The notes: generated by a model from the letters alone, not told the origin. A stretch of 64,000 bases of DNA from the human T2T-CHM13v2.0 reference genome, Homo sapiens (GCF_009914755.1 NC_060942.1); one strand, 5' to 3'; shown: positions 15,998-31,444, numbered from the stretch's first letter. Numbers and translations: made by a program.

Positions 15998-16057
15998 ACC
16001 TATGTTGAATTCTGTCAGCAAAAAGTAACTTTATTTATTTAGCTTGGATAAGCATGG

Positions 16058-16313
16058 GACTCACCCAGGCTGGAGTGCAGTGGCACGATCACAGCTCCTG
16101 GACTCAAGTGATCCTCCTGCCTCAGCTTCCCTACTAGCTAAGACTACAGTCGTGCGCCACTACGCCTGGCTAATTTTTAAATTTTTTGGTAGAGACAAGG
16201 ATGAGGTCTCGTTGTGTTGCTCAGGCTGGTCTCGAATTCCTAGGATCAACTGTTTGTCCTGCCTGGGCCTCCCAAAGTGCTGAGATAACAGGCTTGAGCC
16301 ACCACACCCAGCC
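16058..16313 (-). mobile_element. AluJ, tail-less and degenerate
   Basis: tcacccaggctggagtgcagtggcacgatcacagctc...gagccaccacacccagcc. Confidence 0.9.
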
Positions 16314-18199
16314 CAGGATGCCTGTTTTCAACATAGCCGTCAACACCACCTCTTGATGAATGCCCATTCCTAAAGTTTCCATTTTTGAAGGACAAAATGT
16401 TTTGATCGGGAGTCACGTTTTGTTTTATATCCCATTTCCCTTACAGCCAGTAAGACTTATCAAGCATCACTTTTACATACGTGCTTATGTGAAAAATACA
16501 AAAAAAAAGCATGATATAATTGTGAACATTTTCCTACACAAAGAAAAATATAAACACCAAAGTGGGAAAAGTGAAAAAATATATAATATTAAAATATTAC
16601 ACATGGCAACTAAATTATGTTGTGAGTTGGATAAAATTAATAACATTTAATTGATTTCATTTCAATAGTTTCTTAACTGATCATCGTTCATTACGGCAAT
16701 ACTGCTCCTTATTGTAGTGCATTTACTCAAATAGAAATGATCAGCAAAATAAAGGAGATGAAAGTACTAAGTTTCTGAAACTTTGCCTTTTCCTACTCTT
16801 TGGTCATGAACAAAAGCCCTGCATGATCTTAAATCTTGTGGAACAATAGGAACCAAGCAGAGACTCCTTCCAACCCTTCATCTTCCTACACTCCTAATGC
16901 AAATCTCATAGAATGTGGACCTTATAGATCAGTTAGGAATACTGCCAAGCAAATTCTGCAATGCTTTTACATTATTTTATATTTTATTAGTCCCCAAAGC
17001 ACCTAGATATATTTGAATATATTCGTTGTACATACGTGCAGGACATCCGTGATTTTTGTTTTAACCGTGCCTGGTACATAAATGGATTGAAGCACTCCTA
17101 GCAATCATTCACCCTCCAGATAGTACGTAGTTAACAGGTGGGGAACCACTGCGATAGGTGGTTAGGTCAGATCTAGAGACAGCGGAGGTGAAAATGGAGG
17201 GAAGAGAAGAAAGGGAATCTGAGAAAGCCCCGGTGTCAGTAAGAGGAGCCTAGGGTGTGTGGGATGGAATGTGGAACAAACTGAAAGATGTAATACTTCA
17301 CTGTTTTCATTTGAAATAACTCCTCAAAAAGTCATTTAGAAGACAGTGAATTAGACTTGTGCCTAACTCATACACAGATTGGATACTCTGAGGTAGAGAA
17401 GGCACAGATAAATTATTCATTAATTCACACAGTCAACTTTCCTCCTGGCAAATGGTAGACAGAAGATTGTGATCTGAAATTTTTACTGAGATTACATATT
17501 CAGCAGTTGTAGTGGCGAGGCTTAGTTTCTGGGTCTGCATCACTCTGAATGAAGGGCAATGTGATCTCTAGAGATAAACCAGATTGCTAAGAAATCTAAA
17601 TAACCCCTTGAGCTTCACTGGCTTGAGTGGTTGACCAATGCCATTACATAGTGTAACACTCAATATTCAGCAGCAAGGTTAATGTGTTTTGATAGATAAT
17701 TTAAATTATAGAAATAATATAAAGAACAAAAATAAAATAGTTAGCTAATTTCAAGGGGTCTATTGTGCCCTTAGAGAGAGGATGAGTTGATTAACGAAGT
17801 AGACATTTCCAAACGCAAAACATCTAATGTCCATCAGAATAATCTCTCTGTGTTAGGTCTACTGCTATCTTTTATTATTCTATTTTATGCATTAAATTCT
17901 CTACTACTTTCTAAAGATTCTAGTCTATAATATGGACCAGACCTCCTTTGAAGATGAAAACAATTTTATATAATTAAAAGGTCACAACCATGAAAATCAA
18001 GTATATTATGTATAAACTCAGGGTCATATAAGTTGAAAACAAGAAGCACCTATTTTATGGTTAAATATTTAATAATGTCTCCACCTCTGCCTAACATGAG
18101 AACAAAACAAATTAACATTATCTTCTTTAGGAGAATGTGGTTCAGTTTATGTAAATTGTTAAATGGTAAACTGAGGCACAATGACATGTTAAAGGCAAC

Positions 18200-18441
18200 T
18201 CGAAACCGGAAATGGGCTGGGGACTCTGCTGAGGGAACACAAAGGCAAAGCTTTTTAATAGGATGAACACAGAGGCAAAGCAAATATTTGAGGGGTTACA
18301 GTTATACAGTTACCTTACCATGCTGCTGGAAAGTCCCAACCTGCGGAAGTATAAGTTGGTGACTTCTCATTGATCAGCCTTAAGTTTCATTTTTCTTTAA
18401 TATAAGCATTTACAAGAAAAAGCTCAAGTTAAGTTTCACTT
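18200..18441. promoter_or_regulatory. Candidate NF-kB/ETS/IRF enhancer module
   Basis: GGAAAGTCCC (= GGGACTTTCC) 18328-18337; GCGGAAGT 18343-18350; CCGGAAAT 18206-18213; AGTTTCATTTTTC 18383-18395; AGTTTCACTT 18432-18441. Confidence 0.45.
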
Positions 18442-18699
18442 ATGTTTGCAAATCAAGCAAAGTTAAGGTGACTTATGAGGCCTGTCTTAGTCTTCTCACA
18501 GATTCTTCAAGTCTCCATTTTAATTTATTATAACGAAAGATATATTAAATATAAATGAATATCTCATATGGCTAAATTGCTTTTATTATTTAATACCCAT
18601 ATTTCTCGATAAATATCAGATATATATTTTATATGGGATAGGATGAAACATATCCATGATGCTTTGTCCCAAGATCCAAAGACATGCCTATCAAATAGG

Positions 18700-19220
18700 T
18701 AAATAGCAAAAAGGCAAATTGGTGATTATACTAGAGACAATATCTGCATTCTAATGATCTCATCAGGAACTAATAATAAGACATGGTGAACTGGATAATA
18801 CAAACAAATACACATAGGTTAAACAAAATGGAAAAACATCCAGAAACGATTGGAAAATCTTGGCTACAAAGTAGGACATCTCACAAAACATCTAGCATTT
18901 TAATTGGCTATAGATGCAAATCAACAGCATAACACAGCTTACCAAAAAGTGAACACGAACAAGTTGTGTTAATGAAATGAGAGTGTGTAAAGGACAAACA
19001 CGAATCTTTTCATGCCCTGATTCTGTCAGGAAACCTCTAGAATATTCGGTTCAATGTCTGAATCCTCATTTCAAGTGGTACATTGGTATCTAAAAGGCAG
19101 AGTATGTCCATGATGGGATTTGCACTGAAAATATGTCACAGAGGAGAGAGAGAAAGAAAGGGAATAGCTGCTGTGCCTGAAAAGAAGCTGAACTAATGAA
19201 AACAGGGTAGCCGTCCAAGT
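18700..19220 (+). mobile_element. L3/CR1 LINE fossil
   Basis: Degenerate similarity to the CR1 RT 3' region (caaaaagtgaac...ctagaatattcggttcaatgtctg...atttcaag...gagtatgtcca). Confidence 0.5.
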
Positions 19221-19229
19221 CGGACTCTA

Positions 19230-19700
19230 TGCCTGCCTTGATCCCCAGCTCTCACAAACATGAAGTGATCACACGCAGCACTCACAGCCTCCAGTGACCT
19301 GGCTTCCCCCATCCTCTAGCCCTGCTCCTCTGCTCCCACTTTTACTCTATCTTCTAGCATTATGGAGCCCCTTAGATTTTCCTCATATGCTGCTGTGTCT
19401 CCATGCTATTTTGCTACTATTCTTCCCCTTGAAGTGCCCTTTTACCTCTGCTTTTCTTCTTCATGGGATAAATCATCCTCATGTTTAAGACTCAGCTCAA
19501 ACTTATCTACTCTAGAAAACATTTTGTGACCCCCCTTCGTCCCTATTCCACCTCTCTGTCCCATCCAATGCCCCTCCTCTGGAATCCTGTAGCATCTTAT
19601 ACATATATATTTTTAGCATATAGTGAATTAAAATGATCTGTGTATGACTGTCTTCCGTAGCTGGTGAACTGCTAAGCAGAGATTCTATCTGATAGTGGCT
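19230..19700 (+). mobile_element. L2 fragment
   Basis: catcctcatgtttaagactcagctcaaacttatctactctagaaaac...tgtatgactgtcttcc. Confidence 0.6.
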
Positions 19701-20639
19701 GTGAAAAGACATCTGATGAAATGGGCTCGATGTTCCTCATGCTAAAAGGTAAATGAACTTCCTTAATCACAAATGTATATACTAAGTGCCTACTGAGTGC
19801 CAAGCAGTAAAGCTCAGTGAGCTAGACAATACCAGAAGGAAAGAAAAAGTGAACAGGAACTCATTTAAAAATGAAACAACTTTCTAATAACCATATTTGT
19901 CTAAAGATGGAAAAGAATACCTGGTAATAAAGTATGTTAACCATCATTGATAGTGCAAGGAGTACTATATAAAAATGATTTCATGATTGGGAGGCTATAT
20001 TAGATCGTTAGGTACTTTCTAAGATTTCTTCCAATCCTAACATTCTATAGTCTCAACTACTTATTCCCCATTTCAAAGGTGAAGGAGATCCATTTTCATC
20101 TTTAAATGACACATCCATAGCCATGTAGTTCTACATGTAATTAAAACCAAAGCTATTCAAAGAAAGCTTTTGCTGCAGAGAAGCAGGATACAGCCAGACA
20201 CAAACTGCAAAAATGTGAGCTAGTACTTAGCACTTCTTCTATCTAATTCCCTTAATTAAGAAAGTAAAAGGAATTCCCGGGCAGTCCCTGTGTAGGTGTG
20301 TGTGTGTGCACAGTGTGTGTGCATGCAGGGATGCTGTGCATATCTGTCTAAGTGGGTTATATTATCAGAAATAACTGAGGAGAAGACACTGAACCCTTAC
20401 AGTGTGCCCTTGCACCGTCAGGAATCAGTGGCCACACTGCGGGACAAATAAAACAAATGAATGCATTTTGTACTACATGACACTAAATTAAATGATTGTT
20501 AGCATTTAATTACTTGCAAGGAAATAGGAATAAAACTGGTCATTGTTCAAATGACTCCTGATCCTGTGTCTAGACATGAAAAGCAATAGATTTTAAAATC
20601 CTCAGGGACACAGCAACATCCAGGTGCTACGTGGGCAAC

Positions 20640-20885
20640 ACAGCAGAGTGCCAGTGGGCACACTCTCTGTACCCAGACTCCCTGGGTTTGAACCACCCTC
20701 AGTAATCCCTAGTTATGTGTCCCTGGCAAATTTACTCAATTTCAGCATGCCTCTGTTTCCATATCTGTAAAATGGATGTAATATTACTTATGTCATAGAA
20801 TTGAGAGAGGAGGATTAAATGAGATCACCCCTGTAAAGCACTAAGAACAGAGGTGTAACATGGTAAGTATTCACAATATTGCCTT
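20640..20885 (+). mobile_element. MIR SINE
   Basis: ccagactccctgggtttgaac...tgcctctgtttccatatctgtaaaatgg...ggattaaatgagat...gtaaagcact. Confidence 0.85.
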
Positions 20886-20887
20886 CT

Positions 20888-21201
20888 ATTATTATTATTA
20901 TTATTTTATTATTTTTTTTTTGAGACGAAGTCTCACTCTGTCACTAGGCTAGAGTGCAGTGGTGTGATTTCGGCTCAGTGTAATCTCTGCCTCCCGTGTT
21001 CAAGCGATTCTCCTGCCTCAAGCCTCCGGAGTAGCTGGGACTACAGGCACGTGCCACCACGTCCAGCTAATTTTTGTATTTTTAGTAGAGATGGGGTTTC
21101 TTCATGTTGGCCAGGATGGTCTCAATCTCTTGACCTCGTGATCTGCCCATCTCGGCCTCTCAAAGTGTTGGGATTACAGGTGTGAGGCACCGTACCGGGC
21201 C
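20888..21201 (-). mobile_element. AluSc-like
   Basis: Antisense Alu with caggatggtctcaatctcttgacctcgtgatc; TSD tgccttctattatta. Confidence 0.95.
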
Positions 21202-22269
21202 TGCCTTCTATTATTATACCAGGACGCATTTTCATACTGAGTGGTTCTGCAACTATCAATACAAAGTAAAATAATATTACTGACTAGAAAACTAACAGAG
21301 TAGGTATCTTTCCGTATTGCTTTTAATTACCAAAAATGCCCATATATGAGATTTAAAAAATTCTTCCATTCATTTAAATGAATTCTTATTAAAATTTGTT
21401 TGAAGTGATATTTTAAAATAATTTTTAAGTAAATATTAAATAAAATGCATAATTTAAGAAATACAAAAAGACTTTATGAATAGTCCTAAAATCTGATCTA
21501 CTACCAAATATGGCCAAAGAGGATAAAGAAAATTCTAGATGAAAAATACTTCCATTAAATGTTTAAGTTGAATAAAGGCAAGGCCTATGTCCTCCTCCTC
21601 ACTTTATCTTGGTAATTGGTGCCCAGAACTTCAATATTTAAAAGAAAAATAAATGGATAAATGTGCAATTAATCAATTCTGGTTCATTTCAGCATATCCT
21701 ATGGAAGGGCAGTTGCCATCAAATTCAATAGGTGCTCTTTGTACATCATCTTTGTATTTTTTTAATGTGTTTTTTCTTTTAGATAGATTTCAGTTACTTC
21801 AGAACATTAAACTACATGAATGAGAAGATATGATTTATAAACATTTTCTCTCAAAATGAATGACTCCCTACTCATTAAAAATAATTTGGTTAATATTGGC
21901 TCAACTATTATGATAACGAAAGCAAATAGTCTTTCTGAAGTCAACATTTCTTTAAGCATCACATATGAAGATATTTTCCCACAACTTCTCATAAATATAA
22001 ATAAGTCATATGTGCTTTGTTAAATTACGTTCTGTAGGACCAGGGTTGGTGAGGCAAAATCAATTATAAAATGGAAAATTCATAAAGTCCATCCAGGAGC
22101 TTCCTGTATTTTTAGGAAAAGGATGTTGAGATTTCTTGGAGCCACAGAAATCCTTGTATATTGAACTAAAAATAGAGAGGGAAAGAGAAGATGTGGAAAG
22201 TGCATCCATTTGCTCTAAACATTCCAAGGCAATCATTTGCTTTTCTCATCTCCATCCTCTTCCTCTAAG

Positions 22270-22366
22270 CCAGCAGATGTATGTGCTAGCTTGGCTCCCA
22301 CACTGAACTCACATTTTGAGATCCACATCCGGTCAGAGGAACAAAGTTCAATGTCATTGTTCTCTG
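22270..22366 (+). other. Candidate + strand exon (non-coding or cryptic)
   Basis: Long polypyrimidine tract ending ctctaag (tandem AGs at 22269/22273/22276) and strong donor CTG|GTAAGT at 22367; no transcript evidence available. Confidence 0.3.
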
Positions 22367-22754
22367 GTAAGTATTGTGTAAGATTTTCTCTTAATCCTTG
22401 ATGATCTGTCAGTAGCTAGATTCCTGCCCTTGCATCAATAACTACTTCATAAGACTCATTCTTCACCTTCACTGACCTTCAACTCTACACTCTACCTCTG
22501 CCTCACCCTTGCTTCCCACTCTGCACTTCCTCCCAGGCAGTCTGCCACCTGGCTTCTCTAACTCCTGCCTTGAGCCAAATCCCGACAGGACTTGTTACTT
22601 TCACTTGCTCTTTTTTCCTCCCATTTTAGCAGCCAAGGATGGGAATTACACAGCGAAATGCAGGCTAATCAGCTAAATCTAGATTAAATATGCTAGTCCT
22701 TGGGGACCTTGAGCTGAATTAATGGAAACCGAGGTTTTTAATGTTCCAGACTAA

Positions 22755-23964
<1,210 letters not shown>

Positions 23965-25535
23965 TAATTAACACTGAATAGTTCAGTATGAGGAACTCTC
24001 TTAAGATATTTTGCTCTTATAGTGTGTTTATTAATCTCAGTGATATAATGGAATTTGAAATTTGTAGGATACACAAAAGATCATTTTGACCATGGAGTTA
24101 CTTTTCATTTAGCTGATTTTTCAAAATAAATTATATTGAATAAAACTACCCATTAGCCAACCAACCTCCATCACTTCTTCTTGCAGGCCCTTTATAAGTA
24201 GCTCTACACTCCATCCAACTATACAGCCCTCAAGCTGGGAAAGAATGTAAATTTGAGTTTGCCACAGATAAAGCATGAATAGATTCCACTAATCACTTGC
24301 TTGGATGATAAAAATACAATGCCACAGACTAGAGAGCACAGAAAATCACTATAATGGCAATTTGGGCATAAATGCTTATCCTAAGAACTGGAGAACTCCT
24401 AGTGGGCTAAATCATTTTTGAAGGCCTCGCTAGATCAACGGGGAGCACAGAGCATAGGTATCTTCAGAGCTGACTGGGGAGGACCTTTGCTTCTTTATTT
24501 GTCTGTTCACTTTTTTCTTTATTTCCCTGATTAGCAGGCAACAAGAGGAGATCAAGAAAGTAAAAATAATTATTTCAATTGCTCTTTCATACTTCCAGCA
24601 AATTTCTATCTAAAGACAGCAGACAGCACAAGTTTCTCCAGGTGCACCAGTTGCTGGAAAGTCAAAACTAAAAGCTCAATGATATTTGGGTAAATTTCAG
24701 ATGATTACATACATCCATGTCTTATGACAACAATGATCAAAAATCAACTGCATTCTGGGCAAACAAGCTGTCTGTGATTTTTTTAAAATGATTTTTGAAA
24801 TCAGCATATGGGCTATATGTATAATTTTTAGTAACTCATTAGATAACATTTACAAGCAAATAAAAGACTCCAAGTGTAATCTTTATATAAATTTGGCATT
24901 TTGATCAAGTCTGATATCCATACACTCATCTCAGGTGCTGAGTTTACTAATGTGCTCACCCACCCACTGATAGCTGCCTTAGTTGAACAACTCTTACCTT
25001 ACTCTTTTGCAACTATTTGCCTTTTCTTTTTCTTCTGCCTGACTTTTTATTAGGTTTGTGTATTGGTTTGGGACATTTTATGACAATAGCTTATCACAAA
25101 CACAATATCCTGATGAGACTGAAGACCAATATTTGTTTCTATCACTGTAATGAGTGTGTGTGTGTGTGTATCTATCTACCTATCTAATGAGCCTAATATT
25201 ACAGTCAACTGCTGTCTTAATACTGTGATTAATGCTATGTCTTACCTGCCCACCTGTGCACCTAATCTTTACAACTTCTAATTTGTGGCAGAGATAAATG
25301 GACTATCAATGGGAAACTACAAAGATTACTTGCTATTGCTCCTTCCCTTGCAGAAACATTTTGTTGCCCTACAAATTACTTTGGTTAAACTCTACAGTTA
25401 CATTGTCTGGTTATAAAATGCTTAATGGGAAGTTTCTCCCCACCTCCATTTGTTTTAACAAACACAAGAATTAGAAGATATGTGAGTAATCATAAAATCT
25501 CATCTTGCACCCAAAGGAAATATTCCTGTCAGATG

Positions 25536-26046
25536 GTATATTACTTATCTACAGCTGCATACAAAATTACTCCAAAACTTAGCAATTTAAAACAACACAC
25601 ATTTATTATCTCACCCAATTTGAGGTTTGGGATTGTGGGAGCAGTTTAGTTGGGTGGTTCTGGCTCAGGATCGCACATGAGGCTGCAGTGAAGCTGTCAG
25701 CTGGGGCTGCAGTCATCTGACAACTAGGCTGTGGCACAAGGATCCACTTCTACAAGCTGTTGACAAGAGGCTTCACTTCCTCACTGCGTAGGTCTCTCCA
25801 CAGGGCCACTCACAACATGGCAGCCGGCTTCCCTGAGTGAGTGATCCATGGGAGTGAGAGAGATTGACCAAAATATACGATGCAGTGCCTTTTACAACCA
25901 AATCTTGGAAGGGACATACTATCACTTCTGCCATATTCTATTGGTCACATATCATTACTGAAATTCCGGACAAGATCACACAAAGGTGTGAATACCAACC
26001 AGGAGAGGGTGGTGAGCAGAGGCCATCTTGGAGGCTGGCTGTCATA
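25536..26046 (-). mobile_element. MLT1F-like MaLR solo LTR
   Basis: gtatattacttatctacagctgcatacaaaattactccaaaacttagc...ggccatcttggaggctggctgtcata are the reverse complements of the MLT1F termini. Confidence 0.85.
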
Positions 26047-27219
26047 GATGTTTGTTCAGTTTCTGACAGGATGGTTACTACCTCAGGTGGCAGCCTATTC
26101 CATCTCTGCACAATTAAAACTGTTAGACCAGCTCTTCTCAGACAGGCCAAAATTTAACTTCATTAGAGATGAGGGGAAAGAAACAAGTACAATTCCCTTG
26201 ATGTTGATGGCTTATATATTCTTGTAGTTATTGGAATATGAACATTTCAAATTGACTGCTATTTTTGGAAATTTCAAAAAGGAATAAACAGTATTTTTTA
26301 ATAATTTTATTCTACAGTGTAGTTAAATAGAAAGTATGCCGGGGAAGAAAAAAATAGTGAATAAAAGAGAAAGGGAGATTATGAATATAGACAGACTGGA
26401 GTGAATACCTATTTGATGCTGAAATAGGTATTAGGATAATATTTATCCCACAACTCTTGCCACACCGGCTGTAATTTATCTCTCCTCTCTTCTCTCCTTA
26501 TAGTACCAGATTAATTTTCTATTTTCTAGTTTTAACAGCAGGGTTTGTGGGTTACAGCCATTCTAATATCTTGTAACTACAATTTCATTTATGTAATTTG
26601 CAGCAAAATATGGCAGAATTGTTAGGTTTCTATAAGAATTATTTTACATATTAAATATAGAAACTATTATTTTGGGAAGAAATAATTATTGAACTTGAAA
26701 TACTCCATAAATACATATTCTTACTTCAAAGATAATAGATTTCATGTCTGCTTCTTGCTTGAAAACATATAAAAACCAATGGACTAAAATCAATGTATTT
26801 AATAACTTTTACATCGGTCCAGTACCAATTTTAAGAAATTACACAATACAGAGATCAGTAAAGAATAAGATCCACCATATAAATAATAATAATTTTGAAG
26901 AGTTCTTTTATTCAGTATTGTGTTATATATAATGTTTTTCTTGCTTAGCTATTAGCAGTTTTTTGGACATAATTTGAACAAAGCCAAAATGTAAATGTCA
27001 GATTGATGGATTATTAAAAATTGGCAAATCAGAGTAGTCCCAGTTAATATTAACTCTTATAATATCAAGAAATCCCTTTTAAAGGATTAAATAAATCCAT
27101 TGCTACTTACTGAATTTCTCCCATATTGCAGTAAGATATAGTAAATGTATCCAACAAACGCCAGCCTGATCTTTCCATATATCTACTTAATTTTCATGTA
27201 ATATTGACTACAATGTTGA

Positions 27220-27623
<404 letters not shown>

Positions 27624-28571
27624 ATATTCTATTATTATTTTATTTTCACCGAGAAATAAAAGCCATTTGAAAGGGCCATTGACATAGTCTATAATTAATG
27701 TTACAGCTATAAAGTTAAAATGGCCAATGATAAGTCTAGTTATTAAACATCACAGACATTCTACCAATGCATACATTTATCTAGAAAATGCTAGGGCTGA
27801 CTATGAGTACTAGGGGGAGAATTTCTTGAGTTCTGACTAATTTTGTCCTGAACTTATGTCTGTTTTAAATTCTGTTTGTAAAGTCTTCTTTCTAGGTTCC
27901 CTTTACAAAGGCCTTTTCTACTGCAGCTTGTTTCACTTTAGCATGCTAATGATTGAAATAGAAATTTATGCTATTCACAATAGGATCCTTCACATGTTAC
28001 AGTAGCATAGTTTAAATGTTCAGAAGCTCTGTGTTAAAATTTAGTTTTTGACAAAATGGCTCAAGTTCCTCTTATTAAAGAACCGGATCTCTCTCATTCT
28101 CTGAGAAAGTCCCTTTGTAGATGAGATGCACTACTGCACTGTGTCATCACTAATACAGGGTGGTTTCATTCGCACTTGGCACCTCTCAGGTAGGTTGTTT
28201 TGCAATGGCTTTATTTCATTTTCCCCTCTTATTACCCTGCAGCTTATTTAACAGAAAGTGCAAAGCCAAGCCTCACTTTGTTCTTCCTCTGGGGACAACC
28301 TACTCTTAGGCAGCAACATTTCTCCTTCCAGCTCACTGTGTCAATGTCTCTCCCACTAGCTCAAATGGCATCATTTGGGAGGCGTATAAAACATTTGGTG
28401 TAGGACAGATGATTTGTTACTTTAAAACTTGAGTAAGTAACTTTTCACGAGAATAATTAATTTAGTGATAACATAATATTTTTCCAAAATATTTCACATT
28501 GATGGTTTCATCACACAAAACTAATAATTTTTAATGTTTGGAATATATTTTTCTGAAGAGGAGGCTTTATT

Positions 28572-28612
28572 GAAAATAAAGAACACTTACAAGAAAATAA
28601 AGAACACTTACA
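28572..28612. repeat. 21-bp-period tandem duplication
   Basis: gaaaataaagaacacttaca(a) x2. Confidence 0.95.
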
Positions 28613-29089
28613 CTGTCCCATCCCTCTCCTTCCCTCCAAATATACCTTCCAAAGCCTCTGACAAGCATTCTATGGCTATTACTAGTAGGTTCAATTTTAA
28701 TTTAGTAATCAGGTGATTTTATAAGCTTACTTTCCAAAAGTAAAGTTCCAAGAACAACCTTTTATAGAACTGCAGTCATGCATTTAGTGTGGGCATTTCT
28801 GAGATGCTGTTTGCAGATGTTGACTTATACCTTAAGTCGTTTTCATGGTGAATGAGATTCCTTAATCACTATGTCCTTTTATTGTTTGATCCTATCACTA
28901 GAACATTTTATGAAGTAACAATTTTCATCAGAAAATTTTTCTTTCCCTTGTGGATTATTTTCCAAAGCTTAGAAACATAATTTTAAAGGCAGGTTTCCAT
29001 CCTGACTCATATTCCAGAAGACACAGAAGCCAGCTGATTCACAATCCCCTCTATAAAGGGGGAGTATTCTTGACTTAGAAAGTGGTTGA

Positions 29090-29250
29090 CAGCTTTCTCC
29101 AAGCTGGTTTCACACTAGAATCATTTGGGGAAGTTTTACAAAGAACTCAAGCTCAGATCCAATCCCGAGAGGTCCTGATTTAATTGGTCTGTGGTGAGTA
29201 GGCCCCAGGACCAATATTTTTGAAGCTCCCTCCCGAAGTACTTCTAATGA
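29090..29250. mobile_element. MER5-family (hAT-Charlie) DNA transposon fragment
   Basis: cactagaatcatttgggga...ctgatttaattggtctg...ttttttgaagctccc...ttctaatg. Confidence 0.65.
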
Positions 29251-30687
29251 TTGTTAATCATTAACCTCCAACCTCTAGTTGGAACATTTACAAATACTTT
29301 ACCATGTTGTTCTTGCTTTTCATGATACTACCTAATTTCACATATATGAAGTGAGAGCAAGTAAGGCAATCTTAGAGAAACATATCATTTGCCTGGTATC
29401 CTTTGGGAATGATTATTATGAATGAAAGAATACTGCAAATAAGAAAAATTTGGCCTACCAATGGTGAATATTAAATATTTAACCAAATTTGTTGGGAATT
29501 TTTCTAATAAATATTATGTAAGTCTATACCTTGAAGAAAATATACTAAACATTATTTAATCTTTTCTTGATGGTTCAATATTATCATTGTAGACACCTGT
29601 AGTTGTATTAGCTTGTCTTTGTAATATTTCTACTCCTCCACTTAATGGTATCAGAGTTGTGAAAGTTTTTGGAGGTGGTGATTCTTATCATGCCTCAGTC
29701 TCAATTATTACTTCTTAGTGATTTTAACCCACCTATTTCCCTTTGCTTTTGACCTTTCTGCTTCAAATATAATGATGTAAATATTGATTATGCTGAAATG
29801 ACTTAATATATTTTGAGAAGACCTTAAAGCTTGAGGGAACAGGTAATCATGCTCATTAAATCAAGTACCCTTTTTGATGCACACAATTCATGTTTAGTAG
29901 GCTCTGTGGTGAGAACACAGGAATGGCTCTTCTGCAAGAGAAAGCACTTGAAGACTGAGACCAAGTTTCCTCCTTGCAATTCTTTATCCATTTTTTTCTT
30001 TCATGACTGTATTCAGATATTTTAATATTTTAGGCTTATGATCTGTGCAGTGTATTCCAACTTTATGAAGTTAGGCTAATATTAAGGTAGAAGAGTATGA
30101 ATAGTATTAAATGGTGTATTGCGTAAGAAATATATATTTATCTCACTTCTTAGAACTGCGTAATTCTTTGTCTACTTCTGTCATTAAAATTGCTTCTGAA
30201 GAACTGTCATCTACAAACTTATATAAGATTTCCTCATCTGCAGCTTTTTTGAAGAATGCATCAAAAAGTTACAGTATAAGGTGTGATGTGAATTCAGTTT
30301 ATTTTACCTTTTTTTGTTCTTTGGGTTAAAGCCAGGAGAGATTTTTAAGTATGAAATATATATGTAATATTAGATGAATATATTATCTCACTAAATAGTA
30401 TCCCTGAGCTAAAACTCCCTGTCAACCATGCAGAGCAACATAGCAGCCATGTGATGGCATTTCAGTTACAAAATACTGGAAAATGTTAAACTTGTCAAAT
30501 AATAATCCGACTTAGTCCCTTAGCCCCCAGGCTGAGTAATTCCAGGCTATTTTCTCTGCCATCAGCAGGCCACCATGAGATCAGACTGTTTTGCAGCACC
30601 ATATGAAGTAAAAAGCCAGAGACACAGATTCAACATATATAAAAGGATTTCCTATTGCCCTAACTCTTCTACGGGAAAGCGTTTTAT

Positions 30688-31136
30688 AGTGGCCTACATT
30701 GTATGCCCTCAAAATATATGTTCAAGTGCTAACCCTTGAAACCTGTGAATGTGACCTTGTTTGGAAATGGGTTCTTTGCAGACATAATTAGTTATAACGA
30801 GATCACACTGGTTCAGGGTGGCCCCTACATCCAACGACAGGTATCCTTACAAGAAGAGGAGAGGTCACACAGAGAAAACCTTGTGAAGGCAGAGGTGGAG
30901 ACTGCAGCTACAAGCCAAGGCATGAACAGTAAGGATTGCTGGGAGCCATGAGAAGCTAGGATGCATCAAGGAGGGATTCTCATCAAGGGCCTTCAGAGAG
31001 AGGAAGGTCCTGCCAGCACCTTGACTTTGAACTTCTAGCCTCTAGAACTGTAAGAGGATAAATTTCTGTTGCTTTACCACCTCTCCACACCCTATTTGTG
31101 GTAATTTGTTACTGCAGCCTCCAGGAAACTAATACA
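30688..31136 (+). mobile_element. MLT1B/C-like MaLR solo LTR
   Basis: atatgttcaagtgctaaccc...tgtgaatgtgaccttgtttggaaat...ccagcaccttgactttgaacttctagcctctagaactgtaag...ggaaactaataca. Confidence 0.9.
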
Positions 31137-31444
31137 GCATTGAAACAAAAACTTTCCATTATAGCAAATTTGAGTGTGGAGAAGGAAAGCAATCATTTGT
31201 TAACCTCTCACCATGTTGAGAAATAGCCTGATCTCTTAAACCCTCCATGCACCCTGCCTCTCCCGCTCTTGCTTCCCCAGCATACATGGGTCTCCTCTTG
31301 GTACTTGCTCTCCTTTTCCTGGTCTTGGCTGAACCAAGAAATCCCTCACATACTTTACCCAGCACCACCAGGTATTACTGATGATGTTCCATGGCACAGC
31401 ATTACAACCATTCTGTGAATGTTGTTTTTACAGAATGAAAGCAA

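Noticed and set aside
26080-26096. CTCF-like cctcaggtggcagc (also near 22541 and 22801)
   Set aside because: The 5' half of the core motif mismatches; too weak without ChIP data
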